NCBI GenBank assembly: GCA_963734535.1
Contig: CAVTHS010000006.1
Coordinates: 128,001 to 192,000, forward strand
Source: an uncultured Chloroflexia bacterium
GTDB taxonomy: Bacteria; Chloroflexota; Limnocylindria; Limnocylindrales; CSP1-4
Direction: 5' to 3'
DNA length: 64,000 bases
Below, piece after piece: positions 11,515-25,088 of this stretch (position 1 is the first letter of the stretch; each line of letters starts with the position of its first letter). A program made the position numbers and the translations under genes. The notes beneath the pieces were generated by a model, which saw only the letters and a list, made by a program, of their open reading frames with translations, was not told where the DNA came from and did no database searches.

Positions 11515-13030
11515 CCAGGGCCACCCCTTCCGATTGACCTGTCGCGCCCTCGAACGCGGACGCTTGGTACAGGAGCACTCCTCTTCGTTCGCCGACCAGC
11601 CGGAACCCGGCGCCCTCGAACAGCCGCCGCGATGGTTCGTTGTCGATCCTGACTTGGGCGAGCAGACGCGCCTCGGACGTTTGGCGACGGAATCGGCGCA
11701 GCGCCGTTTCAAGGAGGAGCCCGCCAACGGTCCCTCGGTGCTCGGGCGCGACCGAAATCGACACTTCTGCATCGGCCTCGCGACGGTCGAACCGAACCTG
11801 CCCCAGCGCCCCAACGCCGTTCCATCCGATCAACAACAGGCACGACCGGTCGGCCAGTCGAGCTCGTAGCCAGCGTACATGTTCACCGTACGGGATCGGC
11901 GCGCGGTTGAGTGACGCGGCGCGAGTGTCCGGGTCGTTCGCCCAGCGCGCCACAGAAGTCGGGCATCCGCCATCGTTGCGCGGCGAACTCGAACTCCATC
12001 AAGATGATGCGCAACTCGTTCGACTCCTCTGCCGTCGACAAGGTCCCAAGCCACGTCGCTCATCTCCTGACGTCGGGATCGATCGTCTGCCAACCGATCG
12101 GATCAGCACCGCAAGGGCGGCGCGTCGAGTTGTTCCAGCGGGCCGGCGTCCGCCGCGGCTCCGGCCGCATGCAGGCGGCTGGCGATCGTGTCCTGGTTTG
12201 GGGCGAGGCGAGACGATCACCGTCGGCAAGCCGAGAGAACATCGCTCCCAGGACGTTGTGCCACCCGCGCCAATCGCGAGGTCGGCGTCAAGATCAGTCT
12301 GGCCGTGGTTCCTCACCGATGGCGTGATGGACACGAACGCCCGGGCCGTCGACGAGCCTGCCCTGGTAGAGCGGACCGAGGACGACGTCGATCCGCGCAT
12401 TCGGGAGCGCCACTCGCAGCGAGCGGTGACGGCGAGTGTTGTGGCGTCGGCGGGATCACTGCCACCCATTGCGACAAGGACGTTATCGATCGCGCCGGCG
12501 GGCGTCGGCCGGTGAGCGAGTGATCCGGAATGACGGACGCAGGAGGACAAAGCGCGCGCCGAGCAGCATGCGAGTGTTCGGGCTACGAGGCCCCCGTAGT
12601 CGTCGGGCGCCACTCGAGGTTCGGGTTGAGAGGAGTTCGCACGGGAGCCGTCGGTCTGCGAGGTCGTCGATGACAAGTCGTCGCGTCGCGAGATGACGAG
12701 CCTCGGTCAGCCACGCCTGAGCCAAGACCGTAGTGGTCCATGACGAGCGCAGCAAAAGGTCGGCGTCTGGGTGTGCGCGGCATCGCGGTCGTGATGGCCG
12801 CAGCCTCGGAGGAAGTCGGGCCGTTAGGCCGAATCAGCGGATGTCCACTGGCCTCGATCTGGTCCGCGGACTCGCCGGTCACCGAACGGTCGCGAACCAC
12901 GACTCGATGCCGCCTGCCGCTCTTCGAGCTCCGCCGAGAGCGCAAGGCAACGCACGAGGTGGCCCGAACCGATCGAGCTTGATGCGTCAACCCGAGCAGC
13001 GCCCCTGGATGGCCTCGGACGATTGATCGA
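11510..13030 (-). CDS. pseG: PseG-like UDP-sugar hydrolase fused to PseH-like GNAT acetyltransferase; heavily frameshifted, bounds approximate
   Basis: RVDASSSIGSGHLVRCLAL, VMDHY, VIDDLADR, LVAMGGSDP, ADLAIGAGGTTSWER..GLP, VDGRGVERV, then WANDPDTRAAS..GQVRFD..N.PSRRLFE.AGF. Confidence 0.75.
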
Positions 13031-13035
13031 CGGCG

Positions 13036-14192
13036 CTACGCCAGCACCTCCCGCGCGACGGCCGTGACGGCGTCGATGACTCGTGCGACATCACCATCGG
13101 TGAGCCCGGGGAAGATCGGGAGCGACATCGCGCGCGCAGTAGAAGCGCTTCGGCCAGCGGGCATAGACCCTGCCGGGTACCCAGATCCTGGTAGTACGGG
13201 TGGCGATAGACGGGCAGGTAGTGCACCTGCACTCCGATTCCGCGACGCCGTAGAGCCTCAAAGAACGGCCTGCGCCGCGGAGGTTCCGAGACCCGAACCA
13301 CGTAGAGGTGCCACGCTGACTCTGCGCCCTCGCGGCGTCCCGGCAGTTCTAGCCCGGAGATCGACGAGAGGTCCGTTGTCGTACCGTGTCCGCGATGGCT
13401 CGGCGGCGGGCGAGGAAGCGCGGCAGCTTCCTCAGCTGGCTGCGGCCCAAGGCGCATTGGATGTCGCGTCATCCGGTAGTTGAAGCCGAGGCTCCTGCAT
13501 CTCCATGTACCACGGCCCGTCGTCGCGGGTCAGGCGAGACCGCTCGACGGACCATGCCGTGTGAACGGAATTCCGTGACACGAGCATGAACGTCGGCGTC
13601 GTCGGTCAGAACTGCCCCACCCTCGCCCGTCGTGATCAGCTTGACGGGGTGGAACGACAGTGCCGTGACGTCGGCGAGCGTGCCGACCGGCCCGGCCCGG
13701 CATCGGTGGCTCCGAGTGAATGCGCGGCATCGGCTACGACCGGCACGTTGTGCCGCTCGGCGATCCGGTGCAGAGCGTCGTAGTCGGCAGGCTGCCCCGC
13801 GTAGTCGATCGCCACGATGGCGCGGGTGCGGCTGGTGATGGCGCTCTCGACCAATGCGGATCGATCAGGCCGGTCGAAGGGACGATGTCCACGAAGACCG
13901 GCCGCGCCCCGAGATACAGGGCAGCGTTGCCGGTCGCCGCAAACGTCAGGGGCGAGGTGACGATCTCATCCCCGGGACCGACCCCGATCGCTGCGTAGGC
14001 GGCGTGCAATGCCGAGGTGCAGGAGTTCAGGACCGCGGCGTGAGATGCTCCACTCTCAGCGGCTAGATCGGCCTCGAATGCCGCGACCTCCGGTCCGGTC
14101 GTCAGGAAGTCTGACGCCAAGACCCGGATCACGGCCTCGATGTCGTCCGCGTCGAGCGTCTGGTGTCCGTACGGCAGATAGGTGTCAGCCAT
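13036..14192 (-). CDS. pseC: DegT/DnrJ/EryC1/StrS aminotransferase (PseC-type); apparent frameshifts
   Basis: YLPYGHQ..DDIEAV..L.SDFLTTGP, NSCTSALH, TFAATGN, DAAHSLGA, SFHPVK.IT.GEGG, SAWHLY, GIGVQVHY. Confidence 0.85.
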
Positions 14193-14342
14193 TGATGGGT
14201 AGCTCGACGAGGAACGCCGCCAGGAGACTGGAGGCGCGCGGCGAATGTGCCCTGACATTGGGGGCGACCACTTCCTCATCTCCCGAGGCCCGGCGAGACA
14301 TCTTCCGACCACACCGCAATACCCTCGATCATCGTTTGGCGC

Positions 14343-15341
14343 TCACGAGGCGAGGTCGTGGGCGCTGGCCCCTGGGATTCGCAGGCTGTTCAGCGTCCAC
14401 ATCGAAGTTGATGCGCTCCTTCTCCACGACCAGCGGTCGACTTGTGGACCTGTGTGTGAATCGACGCCGATGTACTCGCCGAGCACCCCGATGAAGAAGA
14501 GCTGCACCGCTGCCGAAGAAGTAGACGCCGATGACCAGCGGTGCCGTGCCCGAGCTGGAACGTCGTTCCAGAACATGAGCTTGGCGATGAGGTAGACGAA
14601 GGCGACAAGCAGAGCCAGGACGAAGATGGCGAAGCCGGCCATCGTGGCGAGCCGCAGTGGAACCTTCGAGTGGTTGGTGATGCCCAGCATCGCCATGTCG
14701 TAGAGGCTGAAGAAGTTGTTCTTCGTCTTGCCGCTGACGCGGGCCGGCTGCACGTAGTCGATCTCGGCCCGCTCGTACCCGAAGTCGCTGACGAGCCCGC
14801 GGAAGTATGGGTACTGCTCGTCGGTGTCGCGGAACTGCTCGACGACCTCCCGGTCGTAGAGGCCGAAGCCCGGTGAAGTTCTGGACAAGCTCCACGTCCG
14901 ACGAGAGCCTGGTGACGAGCCAGTAATAGAGCTTCCGCGTGCGCGACATGAGCCAGCGATTCCGGGCTGCCCTGCTTCACGCCGATGACGACCTTGTAGC
15001 CCTCCTCCCACTTCGCGACGAACTGGGGGATCAGCTCCGGGGGGTCCTGCAGGTCGGCGACACAGCTCATGACCGCGTCCCCGCGTGCCTGGAGGAACGC
15101 GTGGTAGGGAGAGCGGACGTGGCCGAAGTTGCGCGTGTTGACGATGACCTTGACCCGCCTGTCCGCCGCACGCGAGCTCGCGCAGGATCTCGACGGTCCG
15201 GTCCTTCGACGCGTTGTCGATGAACAGGTGCTCGTAGTCGTAGCCCGGCAGGGTCTCCATCGCCGCCTTGACCTGCTGGTAGACCTCGCGGACGTTGTCT
15301 TCCTCGTTGAAGCACGGGGTGAGCATGGTCAGCAGAGGCAC
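14343..15341 (-). CDS. GT2 polyprenol-phosphate glycosyltransferase (GtrB/ArnC-like); apparent frameshifts
   Basis: PCFNEEDN, FIDNASKD, RNFG, ADLQDPPELI, C-terminal two TM segments ending GVLGEYIG. Confidence 0.85.
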   Translation of the reverse strand: MPLLTMLTPCFNEEDNVREVYQQVKAAMETLPGYDYEHLFIDNASKDRTVEILRELACGGQAGQGHRQHAQLRPRPLSLPRVPPGTRGRGHELCRRPAGPPGADPPVRREVGGGLQGRHRREAGQPGIAGSCRARGSSITGSSPGSRRTWSLSRTSPGFGLYDREVVEQFRDTDEQYPYFRGLVSDFGYERAEIDYVQPARVSGKTKNNFFSLYDMAMLGITNHSKVPLRLATMAGFAIFVLALLVAFVYLIAKLMFWNDVPARARHRWSSASTSSAAVQLFFIGVLGEYIGVDSHTGPQVDRWSWRRSASTSMWTLNSLRIPGASAHDLAS

Positions 15342-15372
15342 TCACGGGTCTCTTCGGCAGTCCGGGCACCGG

Positions 15373-15917
15373 TCAATCCTTCGGTTCGGCAGTGGGATCG
15401 TAGTCGAGCGCGTCGCGGAGTCTCCGCGAGACCTGCCGCCGAAGCTGAAGTACTTGTGGCTCAGGTAGCTGCAGACGATCACGACCACCGTCAAGGAGCG
15501 CCTGCACGACGTAGATGTTGAACGGCATCACCCGCAAGGCGATGGGCAGCGCACGAGGTTCACGAGGAGCGTCACGACGTAGACGAGCGAGAAACGAGGG
15601 AGCTCTCGGAGCACCGAACCCCGGCTCCGGAACACGACGTAGCGATACCCGAGGTAGGCGTTGAGGACGGCGATCGGCCAGGACAGCACGACGATGACCA
15701 GGTAGTGAAGGTGGTCGCCGAGCAGGTGTTGCAGGAGCGCCCACACGCCGTACCCGAAGACCGTGTTCCAGCCCCCGACCGCGAGGTAGAGCAGCTGCTC
15801 CCGGCGCCGGAAGTAGAACCTGACGGGTCGGCCAAGCACAGGATGATCGCGCAGCCCGTCGAGATGCCGCTCAAACCAATCTGATGTCGCGGGCGCCTCC
15901 GGCTGCATGGGAGCCAT
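15373..15917 (-). CDS. GtrA-family flippase-like membrane protein
   Basis: YLAVGGWNTVFGY, YRYVVFRS, SYLSHKYFSF; adjacent to GtrB-like gene; TAGCAT -10 upstream. Confidence 0.8.
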
Positions 15918-16163
15918 GCTACCCCCCCTCGAGGCTCTCGCCGCTCATGGGAGGGGGCCTTGGGCGCCGGAGGGCGAGAACCTCCTCAGGAGACTGCAGG
16001 GGATTTTGCCCTCCCAGGCAATCACGGACCCCACGTCAGGTCGCCCCCGCAATGGTCCCGAAGAGGCCCCATTCGGTTCCTGGCGCGACTGTGGTCATGT
16101 TGCTCGGATCGATCCCAAGCTCGGTCGGCGAGGTGGTCGCCAGTCCTGGGCCGTGCGGGCCAT

Positions 16164-18150
16164 TTAGAAGGCGGGGAGTAGATGCCGACAAGGGGGCGGC
16201 CGACACGTACAGGCGAGCCGATCCAGCTGCATTGAGACGGCTCCACTCGTCGCGACCATGAAGTCACGGATCTTCCCAAGCAGGGCGTATCCATTGTCCT
16301 CCCAGGCCGACCCGTACTTGAGGTAGTAGAAGTTGTCTTGTGGCGAAATGGAGTACGTGCGGCAGCCGTCGGCCGATGTGGAGGTAGGCGTGGTCGCCCG
16401 TATGGTCTCGACGGCCTTCGCAACCGTCATCATCGGCCCCACGGTGACGCCCGCTTGTCCAGTGAAGAACGGCGGCACGCCACCAACATCCCAGCCGGCT
16501 CAGAGCCGTCGATCACGACGCTGGCGTCCGCTGGTACCCCAGTGAACAGCCCCCTCTCCAAGGCCGCCCGACCATTGCTCGCGGGTACCACACGTTCGCG
16601 TTTCCGGTCTCCACCTGATGCCGTTGTTCGCGTGGTTCACGAAGCCACATATGCCATCCCCACCGCAAGAGCGAGCGTGATCACCGGGACGACGCGACCG
16701 CCCCGAACGCTCCGCGCCGCTTGCAGACGCTGAATAGCCCGTAGATGAGAGCAACCGGGACGAGCGCCACGCCGAGATTTACGCCGGTTCACGTCGCAGC
16801 GCGGCGACGATACCCACCGCAAGCGCGAGCGTGATCACCGTGGCCGACGCGACCGCGCCCGAACGCTCCGCGCTGGCCGCGAGCCTGGAACAACTCCGTA
16901 GATGAGAGCCACGAGGAGGAGGGCGACCCCGAAATAGGAGAGATAGACGGGCAGGTATCCGATGCCCCAGGACGTGTCGGCCTGGTACCTCGGAGACAAC
17001 GAGATCAGCAGCGTTGGGCAGGATCAGCAAGCCCGCACCCCAGCAGGCTGAGAAGGCCCGGCCGAAAGCCGTGCGAGCGTGCCAGGACCTCGCGCCAGAG
17101 CTGCCAGCCGAGCGCAATCGCCATCGCTCCGTATCCGGCGATGAGCACGAGACCGACGCACCGGTTGTGCCGCCAGGTCGGCGGAGAAGCTCGGGAAGAG
17201 CCTGCCGGGGACCCCAAGCTGCTGGAATCCCAGCGGCAGTGCTGCCGACACTTGGTGGGCGAGCGTCGCAAGGACGGCACTCCGGCGCGAGGTTGGGGAT
17301 GTACGCCCCGGCGACTAGAGCCCCCGGAGACCGCCTGGGCGTACTCTGCGGCCGATCCGGAGAGCGCGACCTTGAAGACGAGGCGGAGACCCACGTTCAG
17401 CGCCACCGCGGCTCCCGCGAGCGCCGCGAACGGCCACGAGATCCGTGCCGCATCGAGCGGGGTGCGCCGCTCCGGGTACAGCCAGGCCAGGACGGCGAAC
17501 AGGAGGAAGAAAGGGATCGTGATCTCGTACGTCAGCAGGCTGGCGGCGTAGATGGCCAGCGCTCCCCACGAGGTAGCGACGCTTGGCGGACTTCAGGTAG
17601 AGCAGCAGGAGCACCAGGGAGATCAGCGTGGAGGTGAGGACGACCTGGAGCAGGCCGGCGAAGGCCGCGATCGGGTCGTGGTATACGGCGATCCGAAACT
17701 GGAACAGCAGGGGCGTGATCAGGATCGCCAGGACTCCCAGCCGCCCGGGAGCTTGTGATCTGAGTGGTCAGGTAGCCCAGCAGGCCCAGGTCCACGAGGA
17801 TCAGCGCGAGCACGAAGAGCTTCAGAGCCAGCGCGTGTCCGTCAACGAAGTAGAACAGAACGCGGCTGTACGCCGACAGGGGGAAGAAGCGTCCGGACTG
17901 GGCCCACCCTCGGGACGGCGGCCAGGCTGAGGTGGATGAGGTCGCCAAGCCTAGTGCCTGGGCGTGCAGCACGGACCGGCGGAGCCCCAGAATTGGGCAG
18001 GTCATCGCCATGAACCCGCTCCCGAGCAGAGGGGAGAGCGAGATACCACGGCCAGCGCGAGCGCCGCGCCGCAGAGGAGGAGGTACCGCCCGTTGGCGAC
18101 GGAGGCTATCGCGCGATTCCTGCCCCCAGGTGCTCGGCCTTCGTGTCGCC
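16164..18150 (-). CDS. Multi-pass membrane protein, GT-C-type glycosyltransferase candidate; heavily frameshifted, bounds approximate
   Basis: Hydrophobic fragments across frames incl. GRFFPLS, YHDPIAAF, SLLTYEI; context next to gtrAB-like genes. Confidence 0.55.
16659..16909. repeat. Imperfect ~95 bp direct repeat, two copies (16659-16752, 16813-16909), inside the membrane protein gene
   Basis: CCCACCGCAAG.GCGAGCGTGATCACCG...CGAACGCTCCGCG...CCGTAGATGAGAGC occurs twice. Confidence 0.8.
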
Positions 18151-18166
18151 GGTCGCCCGCCGACGC

Positions 18167-19968
18167 CTAGAGCCGCCAGACCGCGAAGACGCCGTCGCTG
18201 CTCTCCACGGCCGGGGGTACCCAGGAGTCCGTCCAAGGCGGCGAGGACGGAGGTGCCGCCGTCTTCGAACCCGTTCAGCTGAACCCAGATCGCGTTGAAT
18301 CCCGCCGCGCGAAGCCGCTCGACCATCGCGGGGGCCGGCAAAGCGGCGGTGGCTTGCTGCCAGGCCGCGTCGGGCCGGCCCTTCATGGCTGCGTAGCTCC
18401 ACCGCAGTCCCGTGGTGTTCAGGTAGCCGCGGACCGGGTCATAGTCCGTCATGCCGAACACGGGTGGAAACTCCGGAAAAGGTCGGTATGGGAGCTGGAA
18501 GACGTGGCCCCCGACGGCAGCGCGGCCTGGACCTGCTGACCGAACGTCACGTCCGCGGAATATCCGGCCGCCGCGCCCGAACGGGGCCCTCAAGGCTCGA
18601 GGGTGTCTGATCAAGGACGCCGAGGATCACGACGAGTGTGACCGCGATCGGCCCCGCGACGCGCCATGCCGCACCCTTGCGCTGCCCAAGGAAGCGGTCG
18701 GCCAGCACACCCAGGGTGGTAAGTGCGAAAAGCCCGATGAACACGCTGAGGCGGTTGTAGGCTCGTATCTCGGCGAGACGGCGGCGGCGAAGACCGCGCC
18801 GAACCCTGCCACGGTGCCGAGCAGCAGGCCGGCCACCGTCAGGACTCCGAGCAGACGGAGACTCACCGGCTCGATCCTGTCCGGACTCTCACGGCGCTGA
18901 CCTGTCCGCGGCCAGCCGAGGACGAGCGCCGAGATCGACAGAAGGAAGCCGAGCGAGCCCACGATCCCGAGCGCGGCCATGTTGGCCTCGGTGTTGCCGT
19001 CCACGCTCGTGGAACGGTAGGTAGCCCGCATGGCCGCCATTGATGGCAATCCGGTGGTTGTCGATCGGCAGCAGCATCTGCGTGATCCGCAGCCCGTACG
19101 TCTCGGCCTCGAAGGGATTGCGCACGGCGGCTACGGCGTTCTTGCCGTCCTGTGCCGCAGAACACGAAGCTCGGGACCATCTGCGCCGCGAACACGAGCC
19201 CTGTCGCAAGGATGAGCGCCGGCGGCAGCGAGCGCCACGCGGAAGCTATGGCGACGCAGCGTGGCGCGCAGGCCGACTACGGCAAGGAAGAAACAGCCGA
19301 AGAACGTGTAGTAGGAGCCGCACGCCCCGGCAGCAAGACAGATTACCAGCGCTGCGATGGACCGCCGATTGCGCAGGTGAACGGGAACCACCCGCCTGCG
19401 GCGCGTTTGACGAGGGGGGGATCCGGACGAGTCCAGCCACACGAGAACCAGTAGGAGCAGCGGGATGATCCAGTACATCGACAGGAACAGGTGCCCTTCA
19501 CCACGCATGTAGTGGTACGGGAGAAGGGCAAAGAGGACGGCGACTCCCAGGGAGGAGAGGCGAGACACGTGGAGATGCCGCAGGACGAACGCAGTCGCCA
19601 CGCCGACGGCCGAGTATCCCGCCAGGTAGAAGATGTTGACGACGACTTCGGCGTTGATCCCGAAGAGCCCGATGACTCGCATCGGCGAGGAAGTTGAGGC
19701 CGTCCGCGCCGGGCATGTCGTAGAACTGGGCGATGCCCGGCGCTCCGAGGGACGGGTTGGTGAGGTAGGAGCCGGTCTCGATGAGTCCTTTCACCCCCGC
19801 CAGGGCGAACAACCCGTCGCCCCAGTAGGTGAAAGGGACCGAGAGGTCGGCAATCCGCAATCCCATGATCGACGCGATGATGCCGAGCGGCAGGACCGCG
19901 GCGGCCAGATAGAAGGACACATCGGCAAGCAGCTCGACGTCGCCAAGGTTCCTGATGCGCTCCAGCAT
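18167..19968 (-). CDS. Multi-pass membrane protein, GT-C/YfhO-like glycan-modifying transferase candidate; frameshifted
   Basis: [71 protein letters not shown]. Confidence 0.65.
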
Positions 19969-20231
19969 CAGATTCAGGTCTCCAACCGCCGCTGCTAAAC
20001 GGCGCGGGTGTCTGGATACCGCCGCGCCACCGCCAACGCTCGAGATCAGCCGCCCGCTGGCCACGCAGCAACCTCCAACCTCATGGGCCCCGAACGCCAA
20101 CTCTGCTGCGATGCTCTGACGGCTCGTCCTCCAAGTGCGGGCAGGATACTCGCTCTCCACCTCCAGCTTGCGAGGGCCCGGGGCCTCGCGCGGGTCTTGG
20201 CGGCTTGGCGGTCTGCGATATACTCGTCTCG

Positions 20232-22184
<1,953 letters not shown>

Positions 22185-22196
22185 GCGAGTAGCTGG

Positions 22197-23469
22197 GTGT
22201 CCGTCCCCGACGTCACGCGCGCTGAGTCCGTGGCCATCCTCGTCGATGACCTCGCGACGTGGATCGTGACGGGCTACCAGCCGACCGGCATCCAACGGGT
22301 CGTGTCCGAGCTTGTCGACACCGCGACCGCCCGAACTGACATCGACAGCTGGCCAGCCGTCTCGCTGGGCGGCGGCAATCCGGACACCGACGTGCGCCTC
22401 GTGGAGGTGGACCGGGACAGCCTTCGGTGGGAGGCGCCCGCTGCGGGACTACGCCTTCGGCGCCGATACCTCCGGCCGTCCGCCGAACCGTGCGTCGCGC
22501 CCCGCTGCCGCCTTCTCTTCGGCGCGGCGCAAGGCTCGCATATCTGCGCCTGGCCCTCGCGGTCGGTGGGATCCGGGCCTCCACTAAGACGGGCGGCCGA
22601 CGGGCCGACCTCCTCCTCGTTCCGGGCGGATTCTGGAGCGGGGACTCGGCCGCGCGGATCGTGAGGCTCGCGGCACGCGGCACGAAGGTGCGAGTGATCG
22701 TATATGACCTCTTCCCCGTGCGGAACCCGGAATGGTGCGATCCGCGCCTCTGCCGCGACTTTGCCTCGGCCCTGGCTGTGGTCGTCTCCGTGGCCGACCG
22801 GGTCGTCACCCTGAGCGACGAGGTCGCCCGACAACTCATCGCCGACTACCCGATGCTGACCGCCAGGGTCCGCGCGGCCGTTCCCGCTCTCGGAGCGCAC
22901 GCGCCGCGGCGATCGGTCGGTCCCGGCCCGCGTCGCGTCCCAACCCTCGCCAACCCCTTCGTCCTTGCTGTCGGAACCGTTGAGCCGCGCAAGAACTACC
23001 GGGTGATCCTCGATGCCTGGCGGATCGCCCGACAGGATCCAGGAATGGCAACGCGCGTCGCTCGTCGTCGTCGGTCGACTCGGCTGGATGGCGGACGACA
23101 TCGAGGCCGAGATCGCTCGAGACGGCGGACGCAATCGGATCGTCCGGCTCACCCACGCGACCGACGACGAGCTCGAGGCGCTGTACGCTGACTGCCATGC
23201 GACCGTCCACGCCTCCTGGGCCGAAGGCTTCGGTCTTCCGGTCCGGGAGAGCATCGCCCGCGGGATCCCGACGCTCATATCATCGACGATCCCGACAGGA
23301 CGGCCTTGTTGCCGGCTCATACCTGACGTTCGACCCGGCGGACGTGCGCACGCTCGCGTCGCTTATGCTGGACGCCCTCCTCGCCGAGCGGGTGAGAGCA
23401 CCCTGGCAGCCGAGAGCCCGTGACGGCACCGGGTGGGAACCGGTTCTCGCGGCACTCACCGACGATTGA
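22197..23469 (+). CDS. GT4 glycosyltransferase; apparent frameshifts
   Basis: TGIQRVV, IVYDLFP, VGTVEPRKN, EGFGLPVRE. Confidence 0.85.
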
Positions 23470-23647
23470 GGACCACGGTTGATCGCGTGTCAATCGAGGG
23501 AGGACATTCCTGCCGGACCGGGCTCCTGACTCCAGATGGTGCCGGACGCATGCGGTTGTGCCGGGCGTGCGGTTGCCGGGACTCGCGGCGTCAGAGCCGC
23601 GTGCGAGGCAGCAGATGCGGTGATCGCCACCCGGCGCACTCGCGGCG

Positions 23648-25088
23648 GTGAGACGCGTGCGAGGCAGGATGAGCGACGGCATCCCGGACGCCATGTACGC
23701 GGCCTTCGAGGAGCAGTTCAGGGGTTCGCGAGAAGAGGTAGCTCGACGGCTGACCGTGTACCTGTCCGTCCTCGACAAGGCCGGCGTACGTGACGCCGCT
23801 TCGCCGGTGCTCGACCTCGGCTGCGGACGCGGGGAGTGGCTGGGGCTCCTTCTGCAGCATGGATATGCGGCCAGGGGCGTGGACCTCAACGAGGACTTCG
23901 TGGCCCACGGTCAGCAGTTGGGCCTGGACCTCGTGTACGCAGAGGCCGTCGGATACCTGGGATCCCAGCCCGAAGGCTCATGTGCCGCTGTCACCGCGTT
24001 CCACCTGGTGGAGCATCTTCCTCCCGGCCGACTGGTCGACCTCCTTGCCCAGATCCATAGGGTCCTTCGTCCCGGGGGTATCGTCATCCTCGAGACGCCC
24101 AATCCCGAGAACCAGGTCGTGGGCGGCTGCACGTTCTACCTGGATCCCTCACATGTGGCCCCTATTCCGCCTGCGTTACTGCAGTTCCTCACCGAGCAAG
24201 CGGGCTTTGCCGCCACGTGGGTCGCGCGCGTGAATGCGGACACCTTGGAGATCCCGCTCCAATACGTCCCACGTGACGCTCCGCACGCACTGCAGATGAA
24301 TGCCGCGATCCACCTGCTCAACCTGAATCGCTACTCTGCTCCGGACTACGCGATCATCGCCCAGAAGGAAGGCGGGATTGGTGAGCATCGCCGGATCTCC
24401 GGAGCTTGACGCCATCTGTGGTCCCGGACCCATGGACATCACAAGCTTCCGACGACTCGAAGCCGAAGCCAAGGCGCAGGAAGCCGAGGCCCGGGCGCAG
24501 GAAGCCGAGGCCAGGGCGCAGGCGGCCGAGGCCAGCACGAACGAGGCCGAGGCGAGGCCCGGGAAGCCGAAGCCAAGGTGCAGGAAGCCGAGGCAAGGGC
24601 GCACGCGGCCGAGACGCAGTTCGTGGCGGCCGAGTCGTGGGCCCGGGAGTCCGAGGCGCAGTTCGCGGCGGCCGAGGCGCGGGCCCAGGAAGCCGAGGCG
24701 CAGTTCGCGGCGATCCTCCGAGGCGCCTCGTGGCGGATCACGCGACCTCTGCGCTGGGGGAAGCGGACCGCCCTTCGACTACCCAGGTCAATGAGATCCG
24801 GCGGTGGCGCCGGTCCGTGGCTCAAGTCTCGCGCGAAGGTGATCATCGGCCACCCCATGCGGTGGCTCCTGGCTCGCCCGCACGTCGGGCCGTGTCGTCG
24901 ACCGGCAGCTCGCCCATGTCCCGGCGCTCGATCGCCGGGTCAGGGCGGCCGTACGCGAGGTGAGCCGCTCGCCGATTCCGGCCGGGCCGGCCGACGAGAC
25001 GGTACCGACCGACCTCGAACACCTGCCGGTGTCTGCTCGTGAGGTGTTCGCCGATCTCGAGCGAACGTTCGACCGCCGGGACCGGTGA
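23648..25088 (+). CDS. WbdD-like glycan-terminating methyltransferase with coiled coil and amphipathic C-terminus; apparent frameshifts
   Basis: AFEEQFRGS, VLDLGCGRGEWL, FHLVEHL, ETPNPEN, FYLDPSH; AQEAEAR heptads; SWRITRPLR. Confidence 0.8.
24460..24710 (+). repeat. 21-bp (7-aa) imperfect tandem repeats encoding the coiled coil
   Basis: GCGCAGGAAGCCGAGGC-type units; AQEAEAR and EAQFAAA repeats. Confidence 0.8.
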
